IMG/VR virus record: IMGVR_UViG_3300009085_000026
Reading direction: 5' to 3' (one strand)
DNA length: 64,000 nt
Source: an uncultured virus (IMG/VR IMGVR_UViG_3300009085_000026)
Taxonomy: Duplodnaviria; Heunggongvirae; Uroviricota; Caudoviricetes
The translations under genes were made by a program, and so were the position numbers. This document shows positions 9,011-18,737 of this stretch, in pieces. Under the pieces are notes generated by a model that worked only from the letters and a program-made list of their open reading frames with translations, had not been told where the DNA came from and did no database searches. Position 1 is the stretch's first letter. Every line of letters begins with the position of its first letter.

Positions 9011-9286
9011 CTAGCTATCCATCATAACCTTTACTTCTTCTAGAATAGCTGCATCGTCTCTAAGATCTGAAGGCTGAGTATTCTTTCGGTAGTAGTTGAA
9101 TAGCTTCTTTACATCCTTCTTTGAAAGACCCTCTATCTTATCAGCGGTGATTTCTATTTGACCCTTCATAGCTTTACGGGTCTCATCAAGCTCTTCCTGA
9201 TAACCCATAAAAGTCTTAAGGCCATCCTTGAAAGCATCCTTTTCCTCTTCACTAAGTAGCTCAAGCTTCTTAACTGAATTGCTCAT
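9011..9286 (-). CDS. putative dsDNA-binding protein (T4 DsbA/GapR-like)
   Basis: Small helical protein with GLSKKDVKKLF..Y.K, lying between SSB and rnh genes. Confidence 0.5.
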   Translation of the reverse strand: MSNSVKKLELLSEEEKDAFKDGLKTFMGYQEELDETRKAMKGQIEITADKIEGLSKKDVKKLFNYYRKNTQPSDLRDDAAILEEVKVMMDS

Positions 9287-9296
9287 ATTAGCTCCT

Positions 9297-9554
9297 TTAA
9301 TCTAGATTGAGCAGCTTCTTTGCTGCTATCTGAGTCTGTTTTGTTAGGGCGTAAAAATTTGCTTCTTCTAAACTAACTGTTACATTACCTAAAGAAATAA
9401 ATATTAATTTTCCTTCGTCAGTATCTTCTGGCCATATAACTATGTTAGCATCTCTATCTTCCGTTAAAACTTTTTCTTCCATCTCCCTCTGTTCATCTAT
9501 AAGATTATCATTAGGATACGATCTCTTCATTTCAGGCTTATCTTTTTCGTTCAT
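9297..9554 (-). CDS. hypothetical protein
   Basis: Coupled ORF. Confidence 0.65.
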   Translation of the reverse strand: MNEKDKPEMKRSYPNDNLIDEQREMEEKVLTEDRDANIVIWPEDTDEGKLIFISLGNVTVSLEEANFYALTKQTQIAAKKLLNLD

Positions 9555-10255
9555 AATATTTCTCCATTAAAAACTTCTTTAGCAAAATTATATGCATCTT
9601 GATCTAGTATGAGTTTTATTTTATAGCTTCTCAACTCCTTTGGTGGTATTATTTCCCACTTCATATCTGAAAGCAAGTTACCGTATTCTTCATTAAAATG
9701 TTTGCTTACTGCCATGAAGTATTTACTTATCATGCTTTGTAAACAAAATAACATACCTTCGCTTAAAAGTTCCCCATCATTTCTTGTAAAAAATTCCTTA
9801 TAAGAGTCTTTCGGTAGATCCTTATTTTTCCACCACTTCTTTAAAAATCTATAAGTAGAAGCTAAGTTTTCCATTATAGCTTTTGAATCGCTATTAGTAT
9901 CTCTAGTTTTTAAAGATTCTTTGTGTTCATTGTATTTATTAACAGCTGATTTAGTTTTAAGCTGAGCTGGAAATAAGGTTTCTCCTTTCGTCAGATTTCT
10001 AAACTGGGCTTCCATAAAAATGAAAGGATCAAAGAAAGTATCGTGGGAGAAGTTATCTAGAACCTGCTCAAAATATTTCCAATTTTTGGAAGCTCTCGGA
10101 TCTTCCTTGGTTGGCAAATAGTTTCTAAAATCACCTCTCTTTCTTGCTTGATTTTCATATGCTTTATATACTTGCCAAACTTTATATTCTAAGCCATTAA
10201 ACTTATACTTCTCCCACGATTCCATATTTTTTATATTTCTCTTTTCTCCGACCAT
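9551..10255 (-). CDS. hypothetical protein in the replication cluster
   Basis: 234 aa ORF downstream of the SSB gene. Confidence 0.7.
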   Translation of the reverse strand: MVGEKRNIKNMESWEKYKFNGLEYKVWQVYKAYENQARKRGDFRNYLPTKEDPRASKNWKYFEQVLDNFSHDTFFDPFIFMEAQFRNLTKGETLFPAQLKTKSAVNKYNEHKESLKTRDTNSDSKAIMENLASTYRFLKKWWKNKDLPKDSYKEFFTRNDGELLSEGMLFCLQSMISKYFMAVSKHFNEEYGNLLSDMKWEIIPPKELRSYKIKLILDQDAYNFAKEVFNGEIL

Positions 10256-10431
10256 GAACTACAAGTTTGCTCTGCTGGTAAAGTATTAACTCCTCTTATC
10301 TTTAATCCTATTTCACAAAGTCCACCAAGATACTTTCCATCTGGAGTTTGACTAATAAATCTACAATATGCACAGGTTTCACATTTGCCTCTTGGTGCGG
10401 CATTTGTATTTGGCACTTTCTTCTTTGCCAT
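10231..10431 (-). CDS. small Cys-rich protein
   Basis: CETCAYC...LC...TCSSW; GGAGG SD. Confidence 0.65.
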   Translation of the reverse strand: MAKKKVPNTNAAPRGKCETCAYCRFISQTPDGKYLGGLCEIGLKIRGVNTLPAEQTCSSWSEKREI

Positions 10432-10457
10432 CTGCTCCTCCTAATAATTAACTATGC

Positions 10458-10490
10458 AAAAATAAGGGCGACGGAAGTCGCCCTTATTTT
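10458..10490 (-). terminator. Rho-independent terminator after the SSB gene
   Basis: AAAATAAGGGCGAC-GGAA-GTCGCCCTTATTTT. Confidence 0.9.
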
Positions 10491-10506
10491 GATTATAAGC
10501 TTACTT

Positions 10507-11373
10507 CTACTCTTCCTCGTCGTCTTCTTCATCGGCCTTTAGAGATGCCTTGAGCTTTTCCTTGAAGTCCTTCACACTCGACTTAGCTTTGTCGGAAGCT
10601 CCATCTCCAGATTCTGGTTCAGGCTTATCATCGCCATAGAACTCTTCATTCTTGGTTCCACCGCTTGTGAGATTCTGGATATAACCATCAATAGCTGACT
10701 GAAGAACCTCTTCATCCTCAAACTTTGGAATGGCTTTTAGGTCGGTCCTATTCTCAAGGATCTTTGCAGCAACTTCTGGATTCTCATGTAGAGGAGACTG
10801 CTTCCTCTTTGCCTTTGAGTTATCGTATACAGGGAATTGACCAAACTCGTTCTTTGGTCCCTCTTCCTTCTTTATTACAAAATCAAAACCATTATCAACA
10901 TCAGTAATATCAATGTCATCATCAATCATAGTTGATACGATTTTACCATAAACCTTTACGCCAGCTGCATAGACATAAACCTTGGTCTGGTCTTCATCTT
11001 TTCTGTCTATGAGATTCATCAAGAACTGTTTCTTTGCCTTGATGTCTCGGGCTATCCTGATTAGATCTGGATCGCCACTTCGGAAGAGCCTAGTCCTAGC
11101 ATCACATAGAGGACACTTACCACCACGACCAGTCTTGGGATCTACATTGTACTTTAGACAATAGTAGAACTCTCCATCTACTCTATGTCTTGCTGTTGGT
11201 ACAGAAAATACATCATCTGGATCAATTGCTGGTAGGATTCTTACGTTGTTATCCTGCCACTGTGGCTTAAACCAATTGTGTCCGCCACCTTCACCAGTAC
11301 TCTTTTGGGAATTGAACTGCTCTCTTAGCTTGTCAAGATTAGTTCCCTTACCAGTCTTTTTAGTCTCACTCAT
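10507..11373 (-). CDS. single-stranded DNA-binding protein (T4 gp32-like)
   Basis: WFKP...VRILP, H..C...CPLC Zn site, DITD...GFDF.I.K, YDNSK, acidic C-terminal tail. Confidence 0.85.
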   Translation of the reverse strand: MSETKKTGKGTNLDKLREQFNSQKSTGEGGGHNWFKPQWQDNNVRILPAIDPDDVFSVPTARHRVDGEFYYCLKYNVDPKTGRGGKCPLCDARTRLFRSGDPDLIRIARDIKAKKQFLMNLIDRKDEDQTKVYVYAAGVKVYGKIVSTMIDDDIDITDVDNGFDFVIKKEEGPKNEFGQFPVYDNSKAKRKQSPLHENPEVAAKILENRTDLKAIPKFEDEEVLQSAIDGYIQNLTSGGTKNEEFYGDDKPEPESGDGASDKAKSSVKDFKEKLKASLKADEEDDEEE

Positions 11374-11440
11374 AACAGTTTCTCCTTGTGCGTTTTTAAT
11401 GATACGATAACATTTTCTTTATTCTCTAGCCTAACAGGCT

Positions 11441-11773
11441 TTATTTCCATTTTCCTTGTCTATAAATATATGCGATAGTTCCGTATGTTCCGATGTTGAA
11501 AAAGTCTTTTGTTATCTTCTCTTCTGTTAATCCTAACTCTTGTCTTTTTTCTTTGCTTATTGATAAGTATTTCTTTATCTCCGACAAAAAATCTCCGATC
11601 CTGATTATCAAACCTAATTCACCAGAATCGGAGATATTATTTGTAGAGTAAACTTCTTGCTTCTGATCGAACTTCTTTACTGATTCTACAAGAGCCCTTA
11701 TGAATTCTCTTGTAATCTCATGTTTGCAAGATAATGAATTATAGATTTCACTAACTAAATTCTCTTCATCCAT
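11441..11773 (-). CDS. DUF1599/nucleotide-modification-associated domain-like protein (degenerate)
   Basis: KQ..Y...NI...G..G..IRIGD...D..N..TY..IA...GKW pattern. Confidence 0.55.
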   Translation of the reverse strand: MDEENLVSEIYNSLSCKHEITREFIRALVESVKKFDQKQEVYSTNNISDSGELGLIIRIGDFLSEIKKYLSISKEKRQELGLTEEKITKDFFNIGTYGTIAYIYRQGKWK

Positions 11774-11788
11774 AAAGAGAAATATGCG

Positions 11789-12298
11789 TTAGTTGCTATG
11801 GGTTACCTTGCTTGACTTCTGTCCCTTACCGAAGCTAATGCCCTGCTCTTTCTTGCTGATATCAGTTAGCTCATCGGCTTCAGGAGAATCTTTTCTAGAG
11901 CTACCAGAGGCCTTTCCCTTAAGCTCTGCACTAGCAGATGCCTTAGCGGCCTTGTTCTGGCTTAGAGCGCCGTATGGCTTATCGTGAGCATCATCGCCAT
12001 GCTTGCTCTCTTCATAATCTAGAGCTGGGTCGCCCTTTCTCAGCTTTACGAACTCTTCCATTCCAACGCCGATCTTTGTTAACATGTTAGCATCTGCCTC
12101 GCCCTTCTTTACGAAAGCCTTAGCATAATCTAGTATTGAAAGGATCTGTTCCTTGGAATACTGCTTTGCTGGAGCTCCAGGACCACTAGCCCAAGGACCC
12201 TTGGGGGCATTGGTTACTTGAATAACGCCCTCTTCGGCCAATTGATCTACTTTCTCCATAAGGTTTAATATCTCTTGTGCACCTTTTGATTGTTCCAT
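11789..12298 (-). CDS. hypothetical protein, possible virion protein
   Basis: GGAGAGG SD; upstream AGATTAA resembles the late motif. Confidence 0.7.
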   Translation of the reverse strand: MEQSKGAQEILNLMEKVDQLAEEGVIQVTNAPKGPWASGPGAPAKQYSKEQILSILDYAKAFVKKGEADANMLTKIGVGMEEFVKLRKGDPALDYEESKHGDDAHDKPYGALSQNKAAKASASAELKGKASGSSRKDSPEADELTDISKKEQGISFGKGQKSSKVTHSN

Positions 12299-12360
12299 TG
12301 CATACCTCTCCTATTTTAATCTGTACAGAATTCAGAGAATTTAGAATTAACTTGAGAGTT

Positions 12361-13038
12361 TTAAGTGATTTTTATAGATTTTAAATATGGATCTAAGATT
12401 CCTAATTTACATATGGAATCTCTGATAGCATGCCAAATACAACTAACTCCACCTATGTGAATATAGAATTGATTTTTACAATAACTTCTATTATTTAATG
12501 ATTTTGAATATCCTAATATTTCGTCAATATATAGAATTTCTTTTTTATGATTTAATCCTAACAAAGCGCTATCACAACCTTCATATTTTTTCAAAACTTC
12601 TTTACGGGGAGCAAAATCTTCTTTAGTAATATTTATATTTTTACAGTATATCATATGAGAGTGTAAAATGTCTATATTAGAATTTTGTGTATCATATTTA
12701 GTACCGATTATTTTTACATTAGTACGTTTTTGAATGTTTTCAAGTTGATCAAAAAAACCAGAACTTAGGAATATAATATCGTCATCAAAAGATACTACCT
12801 CATCATATTGAAGAGAAGAATAGAGCATACTAGCCCATTCATTTTTAGGTATAATTTTATTTTTAACTACTACAACTTTAATCCCTAACTTTTTTCCAAG
12901 ATATTTAAATGCTAAGGTTCCCCACCCTCTTTGAACTTGAATGATTACATCTTTCAATTTTTCTGGATAAAATAAAAGAAAGGATCTAAATCCAACCAAA
13001 AAAGTATTTATATATTTAGTTCTGAATACTATTTTCAT
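12361..13038 (-). CDS. putative glycosyltransferase (GT-A-like)
   Basis: VSFDDDIIF DxD motif and C-terminal HIGGVS; very AT-rich. Confidence 0.55.
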   Translation of the reverse strand: MKIVFRTKYINTFLVGFRSFLLFYPEKLKDVIIQVQRGWGTLAFKYLGKKLGIKVVVVKNKIIPKNEWASMLYSSLQYDEVVSFDDDIIFLSSGFFDQLENIQKRTNVKIIGTKYDTQNSNIDILHSHMIYCKNINITKEDFAPRKEVLKKYEGCDSALLGLNHKKEILYIDEILGYSKSLNNRSYCKNQFYIHIGGVSCIWHAIRDSICKLGILDPYLKSIKIT

Positions 13039-13994
13039 AGCTCTTTAGATAGCTCAGACATCAAAAAAACCATTCTAGAAAAAGCTTCTTCTCTATTTTT
13101 ATAGGAAAAATTTAATATATTTTCATGTCCCCTAGGGTCTTTTATCACTGGCCCTAATGATTCTATTATGGTTCTCTTCTTTGGCCCATCATAAAATACA
13201 TTTCTAACTATTTGAAAATTAATATCATTGGCCATATCAAATACTATAACCATAAAAGGCTTTGACTGCTCTATATATCCAAGGATGTTTAGGTCATAGC
13301 CCTTCCAGTCTTCTTGACTAAACGCTTTTGTAAAAAGAACTGGTATTTCAGAAAAGCTCTTTATATATTTTTCCTTATCAGCAATTATTTTCTCTACTAG
13401 CCTTTGCTTGTTAGATAGATAGGTTCCATACTTTACAGTTTTTATTCCATTATCGTTTTCTATTTTATATAGATTAACATCTACACTTAAAGAACCATTT
13501 TCAAAAAGCTTTTCTGCAAGTGCCCATTTTCTATTCTTCCTAAGTAGCTGGTTTAAAATAACAAACTTACTTAATTGATTCTTGGGTTCTGGTAGCAATA
13601 GATCTTCTTTGGTGAAATCATTAGACCAAGTATAATCTCCTGAGTCAACAATGTCTATGCATCTTACATCTTCTTCGGAGATGGAGTTTGGTAAACACAT
13701 ATCGTGATCATAAACTAATCTAACACAAGAAGGAGCCTCTTCTATAATCTCAGTCTGAGCTCCGGTTGGATGTTGATGAAGATGGTGATCTAAGAATAAG
13801 ACGGTTCTATCTTCTCCAGGGTTTTCCGCAAAATCAAAAATATAAAAGTTATCAAATTGATATTTTAAAGAAGTATGGTCTTGTCCATACTCCACAGAAT
13901 AAACCCCATCTAACTTTATATTCTCCTTCTGCTGAAATAGCATTGCAGAATACAAGCCATCAGTATCGGTATGCATGAGAAGAACGTTACTCAA
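13035..13994 (-). CDS. DHH-family phosphoesterase
   Basis: HTDTDG, FDF, LDHH, DIVDS motifs. Confidence 0.75.
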   Translation of the reverse strand: MSNVLLMHTDTDGLYSAMLFQQKENIKLDGVYSVEYGQDHTSLKYQFDNFYIFDFAENPGEDRTVLFLDHHLHQHPTGAQTEIIEEAPSCVRLVYDHDMCLPNSISEEDVRCIDIVDSGDYTWSNDFTKEDLLLPEPKNQLSKFVILNQLLRKNRKWALAEKLFENGSLSVDVNLYKIENDNGIKTVKYGTYLSNKQRLVEKIIADKEKYIKSFSEIPVLFTKAFSQEDWKGYDLNILGYIEQSKPFMVIVFDMANDINFQIVRNVFYDGPKKRTIIESLGPVIKDPRGHENILNFSYKNREEAFSRMVFLMSELSKEL

Positions 13995-14179
13995 TCTATC
14001 CTCTTTTCCATTTCTAGCTCTCTACAAGCTATACATCTAAGAAAATTTTTTGCTTTATCTAACTTTAGCTCTTCACTAAAAAATCCACAGAATGGTTCAG
14101 TATTGTCCCAATCATTAGCATAAGGACATTTTCTCGAATGAGAGCCACAAAACTTACCGTCGTACAGCATGCCTTTCAT
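13991..14179 (-). CDS. small Cys-rich protein
   Basis: Coupled ORF with several Cys. Confidence 0.55.
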   Translation of the reverse strand: MKGMLYDGKFCGSHSRKCPYANDWDNTEPFCGFFSEELKLDKAKNFLRCIACRELEMEKRID

Positions 14180-14390
14180 GGTATTTTTTGCCCTCCTCTA
14201 TGCATTCTTCGCAAAGGCCCCAGCAATCAAAATTATATCCCCAAGCTTGATAACTTGGTAAACTAAAAGGTTCATTTACCCACTTCCCACAACATCCACA
14301 ATTAAAACCGGGATATTCAACTTTCGGTTTTCCCTTCACTATCCACAGGAGATACTGGATCATCATTTGGAGGAGTCGGATTATTAGCAT
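14154..14390 (-). CDS. small Zn-finger-like protein
   Basis: CGCCG...CEEC. Confidence 0.6.
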   Translation of the reverse strand: MLIIRLLQMMIQYLLWIVKGKPKVEYPGFNCGCCGKWVNEPFSLPSYQAWGYNFDCWGLCEECIEEGKKYHERHAVRR

Positions 14391-14574
14391 TTGCTTTCTC
14401 CCATGCCTCTTTAGACTGTTGTCTTATTAGTTCCCAACAAGGATGTTCAAAAATCTTTATTTGCTTCTTTTTGCAAATTTTACAATCACCAACATAATCT
14501 CTCATACTGGTATATGTAATATTATCAAAGAAGTCTTTTATTTTAACGAAAGGTATTATATTGTTTTTAGACAT
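14317..14574 (-). CDS. hypothetical protein
   Basis: CKIC...HPC; begins right after the guaC stop. Confidence 0.55.
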   Translation of the reverse strand: MSKNNIIPFVKIKDFFDNITYTSMRDYVGDCKICKKKQIKIFEHPCWELIRQQSKEAWEKANANNPTPPNDDPVSPVDSEGKTES

Positions 14575-14575
14575 T

Positions 14576-15661
14576 CTATGTATATATGTCGTTGAATTGT
14601 TTTGTAACTCTAATGAAAGTAGTACACTTGCTCAACTGCTTTAGTGACGGAGCACCTATGTATGTACAGCAGCTCCTGAGACCACCAAGTATGTTTTGAA
14701 TAGTCTTTTCTACTGGACCTCTATATTCTACTTTCACTGTTCTTCCTTCTGACGATTTATAGTCAGCCATTCCACCATTATGCTTTTCCATAGCAGTAGT
14801 AGAAGACATACCATAGAAAATCTTGTATTTTTTCTCTATATCTAAGAATCCCATTTTGGAACCATCTAAATCTTTTAGTAGCTGGTCAGTTCTATGAAAT
14901 TCCGTTACAAGTTCGCCCCCACTTTCGTCGTGGCCAGCAAGCATTCCTCCAAGCATAACAAAATCTGCACCAGCTCCAAAAGCTTTAGCAACATCTCCAG
15001 GACAAGTACAACCACCATCAGATATTATGTGTCCACCAAGACCATGAGCTGCATCTGCACACTCTATAACAGCTGATAGCTGCGGATAGCCAACTCCAGT
15101 TTGAATTCTAGTAGTACAAGCTGAGCCAGAACCCAAGCCAACCTTTACGATGTCTGCCCCACTAAGAATAAGCTGTTCTGTCATCTCGGCGGTCACAACA
15201 TTACCAGCAACAATAGTAATCTTGGGATATTTCTTGCTTAGATCTCTTACAAACTCAGGTAGATATTCTCCGTATCCATTAGCAACATCAATACACACAA
15301 ATTTTAATCTCTCACTATATTGTTTATATAGCTCTTCAAAAACAGAAAGATCTTTTGAGTTAGCGCCAATACTTGGAGCAATATAATCAAATTCTATTCT
15401 GCGTCTTGACCAATCTAACGGAGTATAAAACTTGTGAGCAAAGGTAAGCATTTTGTTTTTAGCTAGAGCAGAATACATTTCAAAAGTTCCTATAGTGGCC
15501 ATATTGGCGGCCACTATAGGAGTACCCGTCCAAGTACTTTCTGAGTGTTTAAAAGTAAAAGTTCTACTAAGATCTACTTCTTTGCGAGACCTAAGAGTAC
15601 TTCTCTTAGGCTTAAACAACACATCCGAAAAATCTAATTTTAATTCGTCTACTATTCTCAT
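14576..15661 (-). CDS. guaC: GMP reductase
   Basis: [49 protein letters not shown] motifs. Confidence 0.95.
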   Translation of the reverse strand: MRIVDELKLDFSDVLFKPKRSTLRSRKEVDLSRTFTFKHSESTWTGTPIVAANMATIGTFEMYSALAKNKMLTFAHKFYTPLDWSRRRIEFDYIAPSIGANSKDLSVFEELYKQYSERLKFVCIDVANGYGEYLPEFVRDLSKKYPKITIVAGNVVTAEMTEQLILSGADIVKVGLGSGSACTTRIQTGVGYPQLSAVIECADAAHGLGGHIISDGGCTCPGDVAKAFGAGADFVMLGGMLAGHDESGGELVTEFHRTDQLLKDLDGSKMGFLDIEKKYKIFYGMSSTTAMEKHNGGMADYKSSEGRTVKVEYRGPVEKTIQNILGGLRSCCTYIGAPSLKQLSKCTTFIRVTKQFNDIYT

Positions 15662-15665
15662 GAAT

Positions 15666-15697
15666 GGCCTTTCTGATTTTAATTATGCAGAAAGGCC
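15666..15697 (-). promoter_or_regulatory. SD-sequestering hairpin overlapping a putative middle promoter GCATAATT (15681-15688)
   Basis: Perfect 10-bp inverted repeat GGCCTTTCTG/CAGAAAGGCC; the 3' arm holds the guaC SD GAAAGG. Confidence 0.75.
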
Positions 15698-15702
15698 GAT
15701 AA

Positions 15703-15897
15703 CTAAAGTCTAGTGAAATAGAGTTTCATCTGTTCCATCGGAGTTACTGGCCTCATGCCTCTCAGAAACTCTAATACTCCAAAGAAAATGAAGTGGGCCT
15801 CTTCGCCATCAAGGTACGACTTGTACTTGATAGAGTACTCACCATTGATGTCAGTAACTTTCAAGAACTGACCATTGCGATAGAAGTACTTTCCCAT
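15703..15897 (-). CDS. hypothetical protein
   Basis: Strong SD GGGAGGG. Confidence 0.65.
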   Translation of the reverse strand: MGKYFYRNGQFLKVTDINGEYSIKYKSYLDGEEAHFIFFGVLEFLRGMRPVTPMEQMKLYFTRL

Positions 15898-15915
15898 CGC
15901 CCCTCCCTTCTTAAT

Positions 15916-16461
15916 TTACCCGAGAAGTACTTGCCCCTTAGGGTCGAGAGCGAGAATAGTCTTACAGCTAGGACAGCGATACTTCCCGGCCTTGATAGCC
16001 TTGAGCTTCTTGTCGCAAATGGGACAAGCAAATACTCGAGGATAGATGGAGTTCTTTGTATTGAGCTTCGCTTCGAAGTAAGTGATAGCATCTTCTCTAT
16101 ATTGGCCAAAGAAGAAGAACTGTTCGAAGCCGAGGATCTTGAAAATGTCCATGACTCTTGGACAAACCCCGACCATAGCCATGTTACCATTCAGAGTCCC
16201 AAGTGACTTATAGATAGCAGCACAAGCCCCAACGCCAGTGCTAGACATGTAGCTAACTCCGTAGCATACGAAGATGATATTAGTGTAACCGGCGTTGATA
16301 GCCATCTGGACTTTCTTTTGGAACCAAGAGGAATTGTAGGTGTCGATCTGACCCTTCATTTCGAAGGAGATGCACTTGGGAACTTTATCGATCTTCACCA
16401 AGTCGATGAAGAGGTCGTTGTTCTTTTCGTCATCGAATCCGATGATGATGTCTTTATTCAT
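15916..16461 (-). CDS. anti-sigma factor antagonist (STAS) with C-terminal Zn ribbon, copy 1
   Basis: GQIDTYNS, YMSSTGVG, IFKILGF, CPIC...CPSC; start set at the ATG after the GGAGGAG SD. Confidence 0.88.
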   Translation of the reverse strand: MNKDIIIGFDDEKNNDLFIDLVKIDKVPKCISFEMKGQIDTYNSSWFQKKVQMAINAGYTNIIFVCYGVSYMSSTGVGACAAIYKSLGTLNGNMAMVGVCPRVMDIFKILGFEQFFFFGQYREDAITYFEAKLNTKNSIYPRVFACPICDKKLKAIKAGKYRCPSCKTILALDPKGQVLLG

Positions 16462-16513
16462 ATAGCTCCTCCTTCTGACCAAACCAGCATAACTATGCGT
16501 CCTCCATAGTTAT

Positions 16514-16535
16514 ATTATAGATCAGAGTCGAAACT
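16514..16535 (-). promoter_or_regulatory. putative early promoter AGTTTCGAC-N7-TATAAT
   Basis: Copy of a motif repeated about 10 times. Confidence 0.8.
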
Positions 16536-17475
16536 ATTTCGGAGATATTATACTATTCTTTATTGAGTTAAATTCTGAATCCCACTTCTGATTGAAAATC
16601 TCTTTAAATATCTCTCTGTCTTTCTGCTTTTTGGCTTCAGCCAAAAGCATTATCTTGGTCCAGTCAGAAACGTATGGACTAGAGATATGGCTTATCCATT
16701 CAGAGAAAGCCCAACTACTTGGACGGACTGTTCTCGCTAACTCTTCTACTTCTTCTTTAACCTGTAGGTCTTTTATGATATCGGGAGTCCAGTGAGTAGT
16801 TTTTATTTTGAGCTTAGTGTAATCATCTGACCATTGTTCTATTAGCCTATCTACAAACTTCATCTCGTCTCGCTTTTTTTGATAATAAACTATAGATGCG
16901 ACCCAGTAAATATTTTTATATTCTATATTACTTTTAGCACACCAATACTTTAAGTAAGTACTATGGATGAAGATGTCGCTTGGGAGTATATTAATTGCAT
17001 CGTTGTTCCTCATCACGACTACCATGCTCATCTTATTGTCGTGTTCCATTATTGGCTGTAGAATTATAGTACATGGCTGGCGACTATCTATATTGTAGTC
17101 GGCCTTATCCCATACCATAACTATTTTATCTCTGCTATGGATCTTTTTGGAAAACATCCTTTCCATCTGACCATTTAATCTATCAGAGTAGTGATAGGAA
17201 AAAAGACCATCAAATTCTTTCCTGTTTTCCCAGTTCTTACTATAACGAGCGGCTATCCCAGGATTCTTTACACTGAATAATCTATCAGAGCACTCCCGTA
17301 AGATCCATGGCCAGTTCCTTTGTGAAAATGGGAAAAACAATATATTCTGGTCAATATTAGATAAAGTAAATGTGAGAAATGGTAATTCTTTTCTTTTACC
17401 TTTTATATGTCCAGAGCCTTGTAGATCTTTTAATATCTCAAAATAGGCATCATTTACATCTGAGAAACTTTTCAT
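16534..17475 (-). CDS. thymidylate-synthase-like pyrimidine modification enzyme (dCMP-type), copy 1
   Basis: QPCT catalytic Cys; MRNNDAINILPSD has Asp at the TS Asn177 position. Confidence 0.7.
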   Translation of the reverse strand: MKSFSDVNDAYFEILKDLQGSGHIKGKRKELPFLTFTLSNIDQNILFFPFSQRNWPWILRECSDRLFSVKNPGIAARYSKNWENRKEFDGLFSYHYSDRLNGQMERMFSKKIHSRDKIVMVWDKADYNIDSRQPCTIILQPIMEHDNKMSMVVVMRNNDAINILPSDIFIHSTYLKYWCAKSNIEYKNIYWVASIVYYQKKRDEMKFVDRLIEQWSDDYTKLKIKTTHWTPDIIKDLQVKEEVEELARTVRPSSWAFSEWISHISSPYVSDWTKIMLLAEAKKQKDREIFKEIFNQKWDSEFNSIKNSIISPK

Positions 17476-17490
17476 ATAATCTAAATTATG

Positions 17491-17898
17491 CTATTTGTTT
17501 AGGTTTCTAAGCTTCTCTTCTAGTTTATAAATCATCTTAATTGCTGTATCAGCCTCTTCTTCGTAGGGAGTAGATTTAGCCATTGCTCTAAGAATTTCTA
17601 ACCTAGATTCCATTCTGCTAATCTCCAGAGAGCTCTCGGCAGACTTTAACTCTTCTAATTCTTCCCAGTAGCTGGAGTGTTTACTAGTTCGCTCTATACC
17701 TTCTACACTAAAACTAACCTTTATTTCGTTTTCGCGATTTTCGTCTATCCACTTTTCTGCATCTTCAATTTTGTGAAAAATTAGGGGATTATTAGAATAA
17801 TAATAGTCGCAAAAGATATTGTACTTAAGATCTTTATCTTTTACTACTGTTGAGGCAAAAAAATGTAGTAAGTCTTTTATCTGTTTATATTCAGACAT
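17491..17898 (-). CDS. hypothetical protein
   Basis: GAGG SD. Confidence 0.65.
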   Translation of the reverse strand: MSEYKQIKDLLHFFASTVVKDKDLKYNIFCDYYYSNNPLIFHKIEDAEKWIDENRENEIKVSFSVEGIERTSKHSSYWEELEELKSAESSLEISRMESRLEILRAMAKSTPYEEEADTAIKMIYKLEEKLRNLNK

Positions 17899-17915
17899 AA
17901 TAATTACCTCAACAT

Positions 17916-17945
17916 AAAGCCCCGGTTAAAGTCCCGGGGCTTTTT
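17916..17945. terminator. Rho-independent terminator
   Basis: AAAGCCCCGG...CCGGGGCTTTTT. Confidence 0.8.
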
Positions 17946-17960
17946 GGAGAGAGGAGGAGA

Positions 17961-18515
17961 TCAGCCCAGATTAACCTTTGCCTCCTGAGAGACGGCAAGG
18001 ATTGTCTGGCACTCGGGACAGCGGAAGCGACCAGCCTTAGAAGCCCTGAGTCTCTTGGTGCAGATAGGACACTTGATGATGACAGGAAAGAGAGTCTCAG
18101 CTTTAGCAGCTACGGCTTTCTTGGTGAAGAAGTCGAAAGCGTTCTCGAGACTCTCCGCCATATTGAAAAACTGAGAGAAGCCGAGAAGCTGGAAGACCTC
18201 ATAGACCTTCGGCTGAATCTCCACCATGACCATGTCCCCGCCCTTGGGCTTCACCATCTTGAGGAAAGCCGTGAAGGAGCCGATACCAGTGCTGGACACA
18301 TAGGAGAGTCCAGCCATGTGGAAGATAATCTTGTCAAAGCCAGCATCGACTACCTTGCCGATCCTCTTCTGGAAGTAATTGCTGTTGTAAGTGTCAAGAT
18401 AGCCTGTGAGATAGATGGCAATCACTCCGGGAGAATCATCGAACTTCTGAAGCCTGATCTTACAGCTATCATCCTTCTCGTCATCAAATCCCTGAACGAT
18501 TTCGTTGTTCGTCAT
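17961..18515 (-). CDS. anti-sigma factor antagonist (STAS) with Zn ribbon, copy 2
   Basis: GYLDTYNS, YVSSTGIGSF, EVFQLLGFSQFF, CPIC...CPEC. Confidence 0.9.
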   Translation of the reverse strand: MTNNEIVQGFDDEKDDSCKIRLQKFDDSPGVIAIYLTGYLDTYNSNYFQKRIGKVVDAGFDKIIFHMAGLSYVSSTGIGSFTAFLKMVKPKGGDMVMVEIQPKVYEVFQLLGFSQFFNMAESLENAFDFFTKKAVAAKAETLFPVIIKCPICTKRLRASKAGRFRCPECQTILAVSQEAKVNLG

Positions 18516-18524
18516 TTTCTCCTC

Positions 18525-18713
18525 CTACTCTCTGCAGCAGGGAGCATCACAACCTTCGCAGGTTGCAAATTCCTCTGCCAGTGGAAGAAGAGGAAGAGAG
18601 TTCTCCAGTTCCACTCTCATCCTTGCAAGAGGCTTGTAGACGGAATCTTCAAGCTCTCTATTCTCCCACTCCTTCATGATCTTCTTCTGTCGCAAATTCA
18701 TTCTGCCCGTCAT
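18525..18713 (-). CDS. hypothetical protein
   Basis: GGAGGAG SD. Confidence 0.55.
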   Translation of the reverse strand: MTGRMNLRQKKIMKEWENRELEDSVYKPLARMRVELENSLPLLPLAEEFATCEGCDAPCCRE

Positions 18714-18737
18714 ATTTTCTCCTCCCTCGTCTATCGA

